A stretch of DNA of 64,000 nt from Lingula anatina (lineage: Eukaryota; Animalia; Brachiopoda): positions 13,554,651 through 13,618,650 of the forward strand of contig CM120647.1 in assembly GCA_051362555.1 (NCBI GenBank), in the 5' to 3' direction. Made by a program: the position numbers and the translations under genes. The notes below the pieces were generated by a model, which saw only the letters and a list, made by a program, of their open reading frames with translations, was not told where the DNA came from and did not search any database. This document shows, in pieces, positions 38,967 through 51,570 of the stretch (its first letter is position 1; each line of letters opens with the position of its first letter).

Positions 38967-40127
38967 TTAGAATTGCACGCGTACCTGTAGATGGTTATAG
39001 AAAACTGAAATAAAACGAAGCTTGACCATCATATTGGTAATAACCTACTTACTCCCTTTCTTTATATCTCTGGCATAGTGAAACCCTGGTTCTATATTGC
39101 AGTACGTCTCCCCGTGACAAAGAGTGGCGGATATATCCTTGGGTAACCCACTATGAAAAGTGGTGTTGGTGAGTAGGGGATAGTCCGGCACGTCCACGTT
39201 CTTTTCCGCCGAGGGCTGATCTGAGGGCTTCGACGTCGCGGTATGGTCGTTTGAAGTCTGTGACCAGTCATGGCTAGATGGTGTTGACGGCGGAGGTGGT
39301 GGTGGTGGTGGCGGTGGCGGTGGTGGTGGTGGTGGTGGTGACGATAATGGAGGGGCATGGGGAAGAGCAGGAGTTGGTTTTGAAGTCGAGGCTGGGATGG
39401 TTCCGTTGGCCATTTCTGCTGTGTCATTATGAGGGGAGGAAGGGTGTGGCGTACCGTTTGTGTCTCCCCGTTCGCGGCCTGTACTACTCGTGGGGCTGGC
39501 GTTGGTAGATCGTGACAGAAGAGAGGCACTGGCGTTGTCATGTCCTGGGGACTGCAAAGGGGAATCTGACGGGTTATTCCCTATGTCAAAGTTGGGCAAA
39601 TTCGACGATTTCGCGGTTGGAATGTGACCGTTGACTCTCGGTTTTGAAGCGTCAGTGTCTGCAAAGTCAATATTATGGAAATTGCTTATAGCAGTGTTTT
39701 CGTTTGGTAACTGGTTAGTCCCCTGTCCCTCAGCAATGCTCGGGCAGCTGATTTTGTTCTCACTGTCCTGTGTGACTTTAACATCTCGTGATGGAGCCAG
39801 TCTCGCCTTATATCTGGTTTGCACACGTGTCAGCCTCATTTCTCCCAGTTCCGCCGCCTCGACATCTTTATTTCTTTTTCTTTTTTTGGGCTCTTTTTTT
39901 AACTTAAAAGGCCATTTTTTCCACTGACCGACCCCCTTTCTATCCGTGTCGCCGTTGCTGGAAGAGTTGGACGAAGTCGATGTGCTCTCTTTGTTTCTGT
40001 CGCATTCCTCTTCTGACTCTAAGCTATCCTGCAACGTGTCCGTGTTTTCCCGGATGGAAAGATCGATTTCCGACAGCACCAAGTCTAAATTTTGTGCAAA
40101 TCCACTGGGGCGCTTTCTATTCGCCAT
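27074..40127 (-). CDS. TRPC-family (short/canonical TRP-like) cation channel, paralog A; 12 coding exons, ~1038 aa
   Basis: GT-AG exons with consistent phases: 40127-39053, 38634-38144, 37409-37248, 36672-36481, 35975-35789, 34848-34645, 34334-34197, 33933-33789, 28772-28577, 28172-28014, 27576-27429, 27093-27074 (sum 3117 nt). Motifs: PHDYFCNC (TRP_2), VAHPYVQ, PCVKF, six TM segments, pore [19 protein letters not shown] box [15 protein letters not shown]. The last exon is less certain; an alternative stop is at 27379. Confidence 0.9.
27620..27870 (+). mobile_element. Degenerate Penelope-like 3' fragment (GIY-YIG C-terminus plus hammerhead-like core)
   Basis: Frameshifted LEAI..RR / [11 protein letters not shown] resembles the Penelope EAIxI...LNRDxG.xLP motif. 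It is followed by CTGATGAAGAT...ATCGACA at ~27805-27834. Confidence 0.5.
30401..30566. mobile_element. 166-bp MITE, hAT-type with 5-bp TSD
   Basis: TIR CAGGGGCGTAACCAG / CTGGTTACGCCCGTG; TSD GAAAG on both sides. Removing it restores the LINE frame [10 protein letters not shown]. Confidence 0.88.
31395..31649. mobile_element. MITE, hAT-type with 5-bp TSD, nested in the IS3EU-like element
   Basis: Termini CAGGGGTGGAT / ATCCACCACTG; TSD CATGT on both sides; G-rich and C-rich subtermini. Confidence 0.75.
32341..32720. repeat. 20-bp tandem repeat (ATTCGGAGTGAGGTTTACGA) x~19, subterminal to the transposon
   Basis: Read directly; reverse-complement copies are at 31040-31140. Confidence 0.95.
35069..35699. 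mobile_element. Kolobok-like non-autonomous element
   Basis: TTAA on both sides; imperfect TIR GGATACTGTCACCCTTCA / TGAAGGGTTACAATACCC. Confidence 0.65.
36830..37084. mobile_element. 255-bp palindromic MITE (PIF/Harbinger-like)
   Basis: Arms of ~120 bp are almost perfectly complementary (GGCTTCGTTCACATGCAATG...); 3-bp TSD TAG. Confidence 0.88.
38899..38963. repeat. (GA)n microsatellite in TRP-A intron 1
   Basis: Read directly. Confidence 0.95.
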
Positions 40128-41327
40128 GTAAAATTATCTGAAAAATGTATCCAAGATTTATTTGATTTTCAAGTGTAAAAAAACCTCGCGTGTTGTGTCT
40201 TAGTCTAGGTACATGTACATGTATGTCCTAAGAAAGACTTACGGTAGTCTAGAGATCTCATCACTGTGAGAGAAAACATTATTCAAATATACTTGTGTAA
40301 GCATGTTCAAATATCATTTTTTGGAAATAATGAAATGAAAGCATGTGGTATTTTCGGGTTGTCTTGCTTGTAGAGTTTAAAGGCAATAATTCAGGCACTC
40401 GCTTAATATGCATTTTTTAAATAACCGGGTTATTAAAATAACCCGGTGTCAACTGCCTCAATCTTAAGCATATTTCAATCCTTTTCTAACCAATCAAGGT
40501 GACAGCCCAGTGTGATTACAGTGACCTACTCAGACAGGTACCCGCACAGTTTAATGTGTATATTTCAGTACTGGCAACATAAATTACACGTATTGAATAC
40601 CACCGAAGAGTACTCTATTTAAAAGGTATGAACAATGAAACGTAGCCCTAGCTGCACTTATGGAGAAGGTAGTAAATACATATAGCATTGAGAGTACATG
40701 CGGAGTTGTTGTTTCGTTACTATCTAGCCGTCAATAAATATACTTGAAAACACTGCATTTCGTCTAAAAACAACTTATTTTGCCCAGTCCTGCCCGAGCA
40801 CAGTCCGACCACCGTTATATTTAGGTTGCCTCAGGTTTCGGCCTTACCAGAACAAGGTAAGGTTGAAAACTGAGGCAAATATTCAAACCACTTTGCCTCG
40901 TGTCAATACTTTATTATGGGCTACTCTCTACACCAAAGTCCAGCTGGGTGTTGACATCAGTTCTATGCAGAAATTCTGGCTAATTCAGTGACGTGGTAGT
41001 GGGCAAAAGCATCGAAATAATTTACGCAATGACTGTGAATATCTCTAAGCACTCACCGGATAGTTTTCTGTCAGAATGGAAAAGAGAACGATTCATTTTA
41101 TGTAACCCTCTTATATACAGGTTCAGCTATGTTCACGTGGGCCAATCAGAGTGAGTTATACAGTGAACAGTTTTACCTGCAAGTTACCAATCAGAAAAGA
41201 TCGTGCAAATACCATTTTGGTAATACATGTCCTATATAGTTTATACCGAGAAATGACACGAATAAATAGATATAGAGGTACATTAGTATTAAATAAATAA
41301 TAAACGTTTGCTTTATTAAAAAAAACA

Positions 41328-42066
41328 CAGGGCCGTAGCCTTCAGGGGGGGGGGGGGGAGGGGGGGGGCAGCTGCCCCCCCCCCCCCCCTGGGATTTGAG
41401 GTTTAAAAAAAAAAATTGCAGAGGTAAAAAAAAAAAAATTGCAAAGTTGGTATCAATTCTGTTAGAAAATGCACTCATGGCCACTAGACAATCATTCAAC
41501 AATCTGTTTACAAAGGTGTACTGTTTTTAGCCAACTCAGTTCATGCCAGAAAGCTCACCCTCCCTTAGGGAGCTATCCCCCAAGCTGTTATCAGGTTATT
41601 GTTTATTTCCCTGCACTTCGTAGGATCTTTACAATCTTCCTTGCAACACCAGTGGGCAGTGTTACATGCGAGAGATCATTTTCAGCCCTCCGTCGTCTGA
41701 AACTGTGGACACGCACTTGTAGCATGGCAGAGGCACACCTTAGCGGATTGGCTCTCTTGCTTGTCCACAGAGGAAGAAACGTTATTCCTAATCCTGAGAC
41801 AATCTACGAAATGAAGTCCAATGGGCGTGTTGTGTTGAAAAAATGACTGTACTTATGGCAAAATGAACCCACAATTTCTTACTTCTGATTGAGCAATAAA
41901 TAACAGTTAAAATGCACCAGAATGCAGTATTATACATACAGTTTTTAAAAATTTTCCACACCGTGGGAGGGGGAAACCCCCTACCACACCCTCCCCCCTT
42001 GGGGGCTTCGCCCCCTCGTGTCCGCTTACTGCCCCCCCCTCGGATTTTGCTCAGGCTACGGCCCTG
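41328..42066 (+). mobile_element. Internally deleted hAT transposon with 5-bp TSD, retaining the C-terminal dimerisation domain
   Basis: TIR CAGGGCCGTAGCCT / AGGCTACGGCCCTG; TSD AAACA. ORF 41469-41846 has FPALRRIF..TPVGSVTCERSFSALRRLK...LSGLALL (hATC dimerisation motif). Confidence 0.9.
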
Positions 42067-42889
42067 AAACAACAAAGGCTTTCATAGTATTTCTTCATTT
42101 ATTGTACTACAATGTATGAGTATTTTTCTTCTATAAATCACACAATTTTACATGTGTTAAGGCATCCTTTTGGCGTACTCCCCCCAAGTCCACAATATGT
42201 ATGATATATATATTGCCCGATATTTTTAACAATATAAGGTACCACCCAAGCCATCTCTTCTTTTCCTCCTTTGCGATTTTTTTTTTATTTCACGTCCTAT
42301 TCTACTGTTCTCTTATGCATTTTTTTAACCTTATACCTTAGGGAAAAATCGCTTTATGCGAAACGCGGAATCTGCGTTCTTAGCTTAATTTACACCGTAT
42401 GGTACGGTACGGTTTACACTGGCAGAAATTGAAAATAACATCGAACTCGATGGGAATTTGCTGTTTAATAGTATGGACTGAGGATATAAGACAAATCAAT
42501 GCTATTGTGGGTCTTTGACGCTTAAAAACAACAAAAACTACTTGTAAGTGTAATGATCACGGAATTTTGAACACATATTAGACATTAAAGAAACAACACA
42601 CATTTTGCTACAAGTAATGTGAAAGGTGGATGGGGGGGGGGGGGGTAAGGTCATGTCAAAGGTAGGTCTCGAACCCAATGGTGTTACAGATAGATTAACA
42701 AATATCGTACGGGGTTGCACGCTAACCACTTCACAGACGAGCTGAAGATGCAACCTGTTTGTTTTTTTTGTCTTACACATATCTCACCGGAAAGAAATCC
42801 ATATACAAGCGTATCATTTAACAGTATTATTGCATAAGGATAAGACTCTCAAATGACCGGACTAACATTACTGTCATACCGGAACAGCA

Positions 42890-43830
42890 GTGCGCATGAC
42901 ATTGGTAGGACTATACAGGGACGACGGCCTCTCCGTGATGAAATCATGCAGTGGAACCGCAGCTGACAGCATTAGAAAGGATCTAGTCAAGCTCTTCCAA
43001 AAGTATGGGCTTACTATCACTGCATCTACCAACAATAGAGCAGTTCACTTCCTTGATGTAAACCTAGCGTTAGAATCCGGGACACACAAGTCGTTCGTCA
43101 AGCCGAACGCCCAGCCGATTTATGTTCACAAAACCTCGAATCTCCCCATGCAATCATAGGAAACACACCTAAGGTCACCGGTGAAAGATTGCAGTCTCCT
43201 TCATCTAGCCGGGTAATAGCAGAAGAATCTGCAAACGTGTACAGAACGGCGCTTGAAACGGCGGGGTACACTGGAAGGTCGGCGAGCAATGTCTTTAAAC
43301 CATGCGATTCTCGCTCCATTGAAAAGAAAAGTCGCTACAGAGGAGTGATATGGTATAACCCACCTTACTCAAAAATCGTTAGAACGGAAACTGGTCATAT
43401 CTTCCTCCGGTTGCTAGACAACCATTTCCCCGGTGGAAGCAGAATCAAACGAATATTCAGCAGACCCACAGTAAAATATATTACAGTTGTATGAAGAGCA
43501 TGCAGCAGATTATTCAGGGTCATAATAACAAAATACTCAAAGTTATGCCAGTAAGTACTCAATATAAAAAAATGCAATTGTCGATTTCCTAAACAAGTGT
43601 CCTACAAAAAAAAAAAAAAAAAAAAGTATGAAGTATAAGCCTTTGCGGTGGGTAATACAATTTAAGATATAACAACCACACTAACTCATTTAGGGACAAA
43701 ACGTATGTAGAAACTGAGTTATTTAAATATATTGGGAAAAAACAGCTATGCAACCTTTGCCTGGACGAAAAACTGCTAATTATGATAACACCAGATAAAG
43801 AACTGAACTTTTTACCATGTGTCGTCACAA
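42890..43830 (+). mobile_element. Degenerate Penelope-like element (Naiad-type RT/GIY-YIG fragments)
   Basis: GLYRDDGL, VHFLDV, YVHKTSN, IWYNPPYSK, RYNNHTNSF and CNLCLDEK...CRH motifs spread across frameshifts. Confidence 0.8.
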
Positions 43831-44476
43831 GGTGACGTAGTTGCCACGGGGTGCGACGTAATCGTCGTCACGCCGAGTAAATAAACGGTTAATACATCAC
43901 TATATAACCCAAGAGAATAACTACAAGGTTTTATGTCTATTTATAATGCCTAATTGCAATGCCTTTAAATGTCAATGTCGCCTGAATGTTGTACAATGTG
44001 TTAGGTGTGCACCAGTCAGAATCATTGTCTTTGCACTCAGTCCGTTTTTTAACTTCATGCAGAATGCATTTCTCAATTAGTCATGATAATATAAAGGCAT
44101 CTGAGATAACGTCCGATGTGTTAAATAAGCATTGGACATGTTTCGTTATTTATACGGGATGCCTGAATATGAAAAACATACATACTACATACCGGTACAT
44201 GTGTCAGGTATATTTACAGTGTGTATTTTAATCCCCACTCCTCTGTAGCTGTCCTATGAACCTACTACTATAATCGTATTCTTGATAACGATAGACATGT
44301 AGGCCTATTACGTTGATATGTTTACCTGTACATAGGTATAACGAATATCTAATATTCAACACACCTTATTCAGTCCTTTATATTACAGCTATCGCTGTAT
44401 AAGGCAATAGCCGACAGTGAGTTGTCATAAAGAAAAAGAACATTTTTAAATAAAATAATTTTATAAAAGCAAAGCC

Positions 44477-47166
44477 TTTGTTAAGCCTCTTTTCTGGTCC
44501 TCAAATCAAATTCGGTCCCTTGGTTCTTAGCTCTTTACAAGAGGCTCTCTTCTGGTCCTACACCTGCAAATGTCCATCATTACGTGTACAAACGTGTTCC
44601 CCAAACGTGTCCTTAGCTGGCATTCTTTTGGGCCCCAAACTTTTTCTGTGGTATAGTCTTCATTTGCAAACCTGCCAGTATGATGTTCAGGGGAGGGGGG
44701 GGGGGGAGGGTAATTGCAGTTTAAATTTGTAGTTTACCAACCCAATTAACGCTCATTTGGTTGCTTCGCAAGATCAACAGGCTAATTGGGTGATATTTCA
44801 CAGCATAAATTGAAGGAGATGAATTGCAGAGTAACCTTGTGTCCCAAGGATACTGCTTATAATTATTTTTCATTTCATGCTTCCACCCCACCCGAGCACT
44901 TATAATTGATACTCTGTTTCTTGATTAATGTGAGAGATCCGAAAGATGAAAAGAGCGCGCAGACTTGCTTTTGGCATCTCAGGCCACAAAAAATATGGCT
45001 TCACAGGGCAGTGAGTTGAACACGAGAAATATCCCTCTCTGTCAAAACTCGGAGCATACATGCTCACCCTGCTTCTTTTATGTCCTTATAACAATTTTGT
45101 ATTCAAACATCTAAAAAAATGATATTTGAAAAAAAAATATTGTAGGGTTTTACAAGTATCACTACTTTGCACAATTGCTATTATATGGCGCAGAGTACAG
45201 GTTCTAAACAAGTATACTTGCAAACAGTAAAGATTGTTTGGTATTAATAAAAATATAAATGTTTTAACATCATTAATCATAAATCACTCTGCCGATTAAC
45301 TGGCTACCGGTTATTGCCAAGATGTGTTTAGTTTATAACACTCTCCTCTAGTTCGGGATATTTACAGAAATGTGTGAACATGTTATTAATTCGAGAAAGG
45401 GTATTTTATAGTGTTTGTGAATGTTAAAAAAGAAATTACCAAAAATATATAGATTTCCATATTGAAAAGACATGTTCCACTCTTCTCCCCCTCTCCTGAT
45501 TTCCTGGCTCGAGGGGCTATATGTTTGTCCTAAGCTCTTGAATGAGCTTGACATAAACCAGATGTGCAGATAGTGAGATTTTATTGCCCGAGCCAGACTA
45601 CCGACATGCCAATCTTTTAGGTTGAAATAAGTGTGGGCGGGGTGGGGGTGGGGGCTGGAGTTATGTATCTTCTTAACCGACCAAGCTAGATAATCACGAA
45701 ACACGATAAAGTATATCAAAAGAAAAGCTTAACTTGAAATATTTTTTTCATTTCAGATCGTTATTTCAAAACATAATGGTTGCATAAGAGATAAAAGGCG
45801 CAAAATAGACTATACGGTTTGGTAAAAAGCCTTCGAACAATTAAATTAGATGTTCACGTTGAATAATTTTGTTTTGCCTTGGATTGGCTCTATGGCCCAC
45901 CAGCAATATTAAAAAATCTTTATCTACGTGTATGTGATATATATGTAAACATTCGCTGTTAATCAGTTCTGCATTCGGTTAGCTGTGTCATATTGTAGGA
46001 CTTTGTCTGTTTACATTGAACCTACAGTTTTAATAGTCCGATACGTGCCATTGGCTGTCTCTCTTTTGGTCTCTAAATTATTTTCTTTGGTATATAGTTT
46101 TTATTCGGTAACATGCTGATATGGCGTTCAGCGGGGTGGGGTGTGGATTATTAAAACCCTTTTTTTGTTGGTTTAAACGGCCATGTGAAATATCCGCGAG
46201 ATCGACGGGTAAGGTGATACTTGTCGGCATGAACTGAAAAAAATAAATTGATATTGCAGGGTATTCCCTAGTATACTGCTTATAATTCGCTATTCTCTTA
46301 TGCTCCCCCTCCCACCCTCACCTCTTGTAATAAATACTCATTTCTTTAATATGAAAGATATGAGAGCGTAAATTAACTTATCTCAGCTGTACTCCAGGGA
46401 ATCATTCCTTAAGAAAGTGAACGTTTGAGTCACGTTACCGACGCTCACGTTTTACATAACGTCTTTATTAGTGTTTCATATCACTTTTAATAACTGTTGG
46501 CTGCTTTCCCGGTTAGAGGTTTCATGTACAATAGCATAAACCAGAGAAAATAATGGAACATGCCATATATTTATGCCGATATTAAAGTAAATATGTGTGG
46601 CTCACATTTTCACTTTTTTTTAAAGTTTTTTAACATTGAACATAATATTTTGGGTTAGAGTATCTATATCTAGCTGTAGCGGTGTTTTAAAGGTTCATAA
46701 AGTTAACAGGTTTGAGAAGCACCATCATGACAGTGAGTGAGGACACCCCCCCCCCCAACAGACACACAATCACCCACGAATTATAATATCCTGACGCAGA
46801 GCACGACATATAAAGATTATAGTAGTAGTACATGTATTAAGCATCCTAAAGGAAGTCACGCAGCAAAACTATCGTGTTCTTTATAAAATGTGAGAATACA
46901 TTATAGCCATACAATACAAATTTAAATAATTGAAATGCATTTCTTTCTAACATTTAGCTTACATACGTTTTTTGGTAGCCTCTGAAAGTTTTAAAACTGA
47001 AAAATTGGAGAACATAACAGAGTCAGCTAAGGACACGTTTGTGGAACACGTTTGAACACGTCATGATGGACATTTACAGGTGTAAGACCAGAACAGAACT
47101 TCTTGTAAACAGTTTAGAACCAAGGGACCGAATTTGATTTGAGGACCAGAAGAGAGGCTTTACAAA
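44477..47166. repeat. ~143-bp inverted repeat pair (44477-44619 / 47024-47166) between the divergent TRP genes
   Basis: TCTGGTCCTCAAATCAAATTCGGTCCCTTGGTTCT...AAACGTGTCCTTAGCTG has its reverse complement at 47024-47166, with scattered mismatches. Confidence 0.85.
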
Positions 47167-48172
47167 CGTTCTCATATTAACATCTTTGGTCAAAACGATT
47201 TATTTTCAATAATTATCATAAAGCTAGGGAAAGATAAGAATAAAATTTTATATCACTGTGGAGAGATAAGAATAAAATACTATAAAGTGCTTTTGAATAC
47301 AATGAATTTTGGTCTTGATGACTAGAATTGACTTTGAGTCATTTGAGAGTATATAACTTGTTAACAAGGCGAGCAACTCGCAAATCGGTTTTATCCAAAT
47401 ACAAGAAATCAGCAATGCTATCCCTCCTCATTTGAGTGCCTATTAACGACACGCCGTTGCATACTTTCGATTTGGTTTTTCTGTGAAGGTTTAATCAGTT
47501 CGTTGAAAAACGTTGCTTAATTTGGAGTATGATAAAATATCGGCGTACGTGTGTGGGAGCATGTCATTATATACAGGGTATCCCGAAATGTACTCACTAT
47601 TTGACCGCCCATTATTCATGCATTTTAGTTTTGATATAGCCGTCGTTCATATTCAAACACCAAACAGTCTGGATCGATCCAACTCTGTACGTGTTTCTCC
47701 TTAAAGTGCATTCAGTGTAATCAGCTTATTTGTCTGACACACCTCCCTGAGTAGATAGTTAATGAGATACCCAGCAGGCACAGTTGCGTTGGATCAACGT
47801 TGAAAACATGTTGATACGTTGAATTGCCGTTGATCTACCTAAATTCAAAGTTAAATCAACGTTGATCCAGCCACGTCGAAACACCGTCATAATGTGACGT
47901 TGACACAACGTTGTATTTTGGTCAATGAAACAACCTTGCAGTTATGGATTGCAATTTAAAATATTAATTATTGAAAACGTGATGCTTTGTTTATAAATAC
48001 TGTAACTAAATCTATCAATATAATAACAAAAGGGTTTTAAAAGTCAAAATGACAGTTGTTTTGTGTCTTTAGTTAACTAGTGGATTTTCTTAACTTGTTA
48101 TTCAGGAATACATTCCAATAAACTAAAATACTTGCAACGTCAGCTTACATTAGGTTACATTAGGTGACTTTG

Positions 48173-48173
<1 letters not shown>

Positions 48174-48248
<75 letters not shown>
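48174..48248. repeat. (TA)n microsatellite
   Basis: Read directly; a similar tract is at 51833-51900. Confidence 0.95.
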
Positions 48249-48250
<2 letters not shown>

Positions 48251-50918
48251 TAGCTTGAAAGTTAACAATCAGCTTACATGGTAACTGAACTCACTATAAA
48301 ATGTACCAATCCCAGTATTTTAATAGGTTAAACATCAGAAATGGATTCTACAACCCCTAAAACATAGGAAAAGACATATGACGCACTATAGTACCTTTAA
48401 TTGTTGTTGATGAAACTCAAGGTAGGTCGTTTTGGCTGCCATTTTGAAAATTGTAATTTTACCGACCTAAATGATTGTTGTAGAAATAAATAATTGTCAT
48501 ATTTGTGTTCAGCATCGAATGTCGCTTCAGAAAGCAACTGTTATGAATTTTTTTGAGATTTACTCTACCCTAGTTATAGGGACTTGTTAAATGCTTACTG
48601 ATACCGAAATAGGTCAAGTAGGTTGTAACCTGTGGGTAAAAGACGAAAAGAGAAAGCAGGCGTCAGCTTCAGGGATACACGTCTTTACGAACACTGTGAA
48701 GAGACACGTTTTTTGCACTTAAAGCACGACAAGGTTCACTTGACTCGCCTCACTCATTTGTAGTATAGCACGAAGGGTAAGTCATTTTCAGCGCATTATC
48801 TCCAGATTTCAATGCTTACGTCTCTGACATTTTTTTTTCTTTTTAACCACAGCGAGGCCGGGCTTGATAACAGGATAATTTTTTGTATGAGCCTTCCATA
48901 CCAAATAGTTTGCAAGAAACTGTTTGCAGGTTGTTGCAAGAAAATCCACAGTTGTTGCAAATTTGCAGGAAGATTAAAAACCTTCAAGTAGTTTGCACGA
49001 AAGCTACCAATTTCTGGCGAATTTACAGCCAATTTTCAAGAAAACCTTCTTTTTCATTTACACATGTTTGCAGGAAGTTTGCAAGAAACTTCTCATCAAT
49101 ATAAAATTTTGCGAGAAGATTGCAAGAAGACTATACATCGTTGCAAATTTACATGAAGGTTTGCTGAAAGTTTGCAAGAAACTTTTATTTATGAACATAG
49201 TTAATTTACAAAGTTTTTTGTCACATTTGCAGCAAAATTTGTAAATTAATTTTCGCATAAATGTTGGCTTGATGTTTGCAAGAAAGTCCATACCTTTTGC
49301 CACTTTACAGCTGGTATTACCATGTTTGCACTTACTTTTGATGTTTAGGAAGTCCCGTTATATATACAAAATATTTTTATTAAGTTAATATGAAATCTCT
49401 CTTGTGAGTTTGGGAAAGAATAATTTTCATTTTTGGTAAAATTGAATTAATTTGTAAAGAATTACAGTATACATACACTGTGACTATATATCGCATATTA
49501 ACACCATAAAAGTACTTATGGCTCGGTGTGTAGTTTTGCTAAAAAGGACCCAGTCCAAGGAGGTGGGGTCCCCTTAACTTATTACACAGCATTTTGGTTT
49601 GCCACTTACATCATGAGTGCTGTTCTTCAAAATGATATATCTCATTTAACTTTTTTTCATGAATCCCATAACCAGAATTACAAAACATTTTAACACGCGC
49701 CACTCTCTTCCTTTCTATTTCTACCTCATGCAATCTCTAGCGGCCTTCTCCCCGTTTACATTATGAGCAGTTGTCTAAATATCATAAGAACATGTCAATC
49801 AACTAAAGTTACTCAACCAAACACTCCCAGCTCCTTATGTACTCATGTCTTTATTTACTCATGTCTTTACATTATCTCCCGGGGACGATATGCCTGTCCC
49901 TTGGCATATTAAAACTAATGGCGCATGTAGTGACATTTACATCAATTAATTATTCAATAAATGATTTCGAATATCTTATTGTCTATAGTTACTTATTATT
50001 ATTTTTTATTTATTTTAATAGCCCCCGTGTTTTATTCATTTACTTATTCATGTTTGTAATTAATTAATATAGAATTACAAACAAACGTGCGTCCGGTTGT
50101 GACCGAGGCTTAAGGTTCGATTTTCATTATTACAGAGGAAACGTAAAGTGAATATCATTAAAAAAAAAAAAAAAACTTACAAGAGATTGAAAGCTGTGTT
50201 TTTGTCTCTTGGTGTTCATTTATTAGCGAAGTCTAGATTATAGGAAGCTCAACGTGTTTTTTTTCTGAAAGCACCCCTTGCAGAGTAAGGGCTACTTGAA
50301 GATCAGTAATGGATAGAGATGTAGGCGTCTCGCCTACATACTGTACCATGCAGTTTATCGTTATCTCTGCAATAAGGACATCATTTGGTGCCCTGAAAAG
50401 GTCATTTAATGATAAATGGATTGACGTTTCTCGAATGTCAGTAGAGTCTGTTAATCAGTTTTAAACGGGCGTGCTTTGTTTTTTTTAAAAATGCCTCTTA
50501 ATATATTTTTTCTTTTCCTTCACCCTTATGTTATGCGCTTTAAAGTCGCCTCGTTTAGTTTTTAATTGGATCCCTATAATTCCAACTTTAAGGAAATCCA
50601 TTTCCACTAAATAAGACACTGTGCTTCAACGTTTTATCTGACGCGACCTTGTCAGGAATATTCTACTTCAAATAATTCACCTGTGGCCTGGGACAAATTC
50701 GCTCGCCATCCAGTCTCATTTTCTCGTTTTTCTTCAATTTTCTATTTTTTTACTCTCTTTGTTTATGGGCAAAGTTAGCAACGAAGCCCTAAAATTATTT
50801 TGAGGACATTCCTTGTCAAACATTCAAAACAAGAACGAACATACATCTGTAAACTGGCCTTTTCAAAAATAAATTTTTATATAAAAGCAAACAAAATATA
50901 ATATAACAGTTAATTTAA

Positions 50919-51147
50919 GGGTGCTTTCCCAGAGATTAAGATCGATCTAAAGATTAAGTTTTAGATCGACCTAACTCCCTGGGGGTTCAGGTTAAATTGC
51001 AGTCAGCCGAGCGGACACCATAGTTAATTACCCCCTATTAGAGCTTTTAGTAGGCGGGACAGACGCTTAAGCCGGCCAAGCTGACAGTAATCTAGTGAGA
51101 CTCCCCACAGGGATAGATCGATCTAAAAATCTATGGAAATGGGGTGT
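50919..51147. mobile_element. Degenerate MITE (second copy at ~56170-56378)
   Basis: Both copies share CTAACTCCCTG...TTAAGCCGG..AAG.TGA.AG.A.T.TAGTGAGACTCC...GATAGATCG; the ends are inverted (TAGATCGA motifs). Confidence 0.6.
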
Positions 51148-51152
51148 TAGCC

Positions 51153-51570
51153 TATGAATCACACACACACACACACACCTCAGTATAAATATTGCAATCA
51201 CAGTAGTGCAGATAAGGATAGAAAGATAGTTGTTCAACCTTACAGTAAAAATACCAAGGAGTATATTTTTTAATGAGTGCTCATCAATTTAATTGTAATG
51301 TATGATTAATATTTTCTAATTTCCTTTTAACATGTTTTCTGTATACAGATATAAAGTTATAAACAAATAGTTCTGTAGTATGTAACGTATCAACTATATA
51401 TTTCCATCCCATGTTAGGATTTCTGTTCTCATTTTACATATGCTAATAGGTTTCTTAATTATTAAGATAGGTACCAGTATTTTTATATCGTATGATTGAA
51501 TAAGTCCAAACATAAGAATATCCGTGATCTCTCAACCGTGACCACACCTTAATTATCTTTTACGGAGCAC
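51153..51570 (-). mobile_element. Older diverged 3' fragment of the same Tx1-like family as 4111-5283
   Basis: Colinear similarity: TATGAATCACACAC, AACCTTACA, TATAAACAAATA, TCCCATGTT.GGATTTCTGTT, AATTATCTTTTACGGA. Confidence 0.7.

Noticed and set aside
44800-46370. Weak direct similarity between 44800-44950 and 46240-46370 (ATACTGCTTATAATT core)
   Set aside because: Too degenerate to define boundaries or function by eye.
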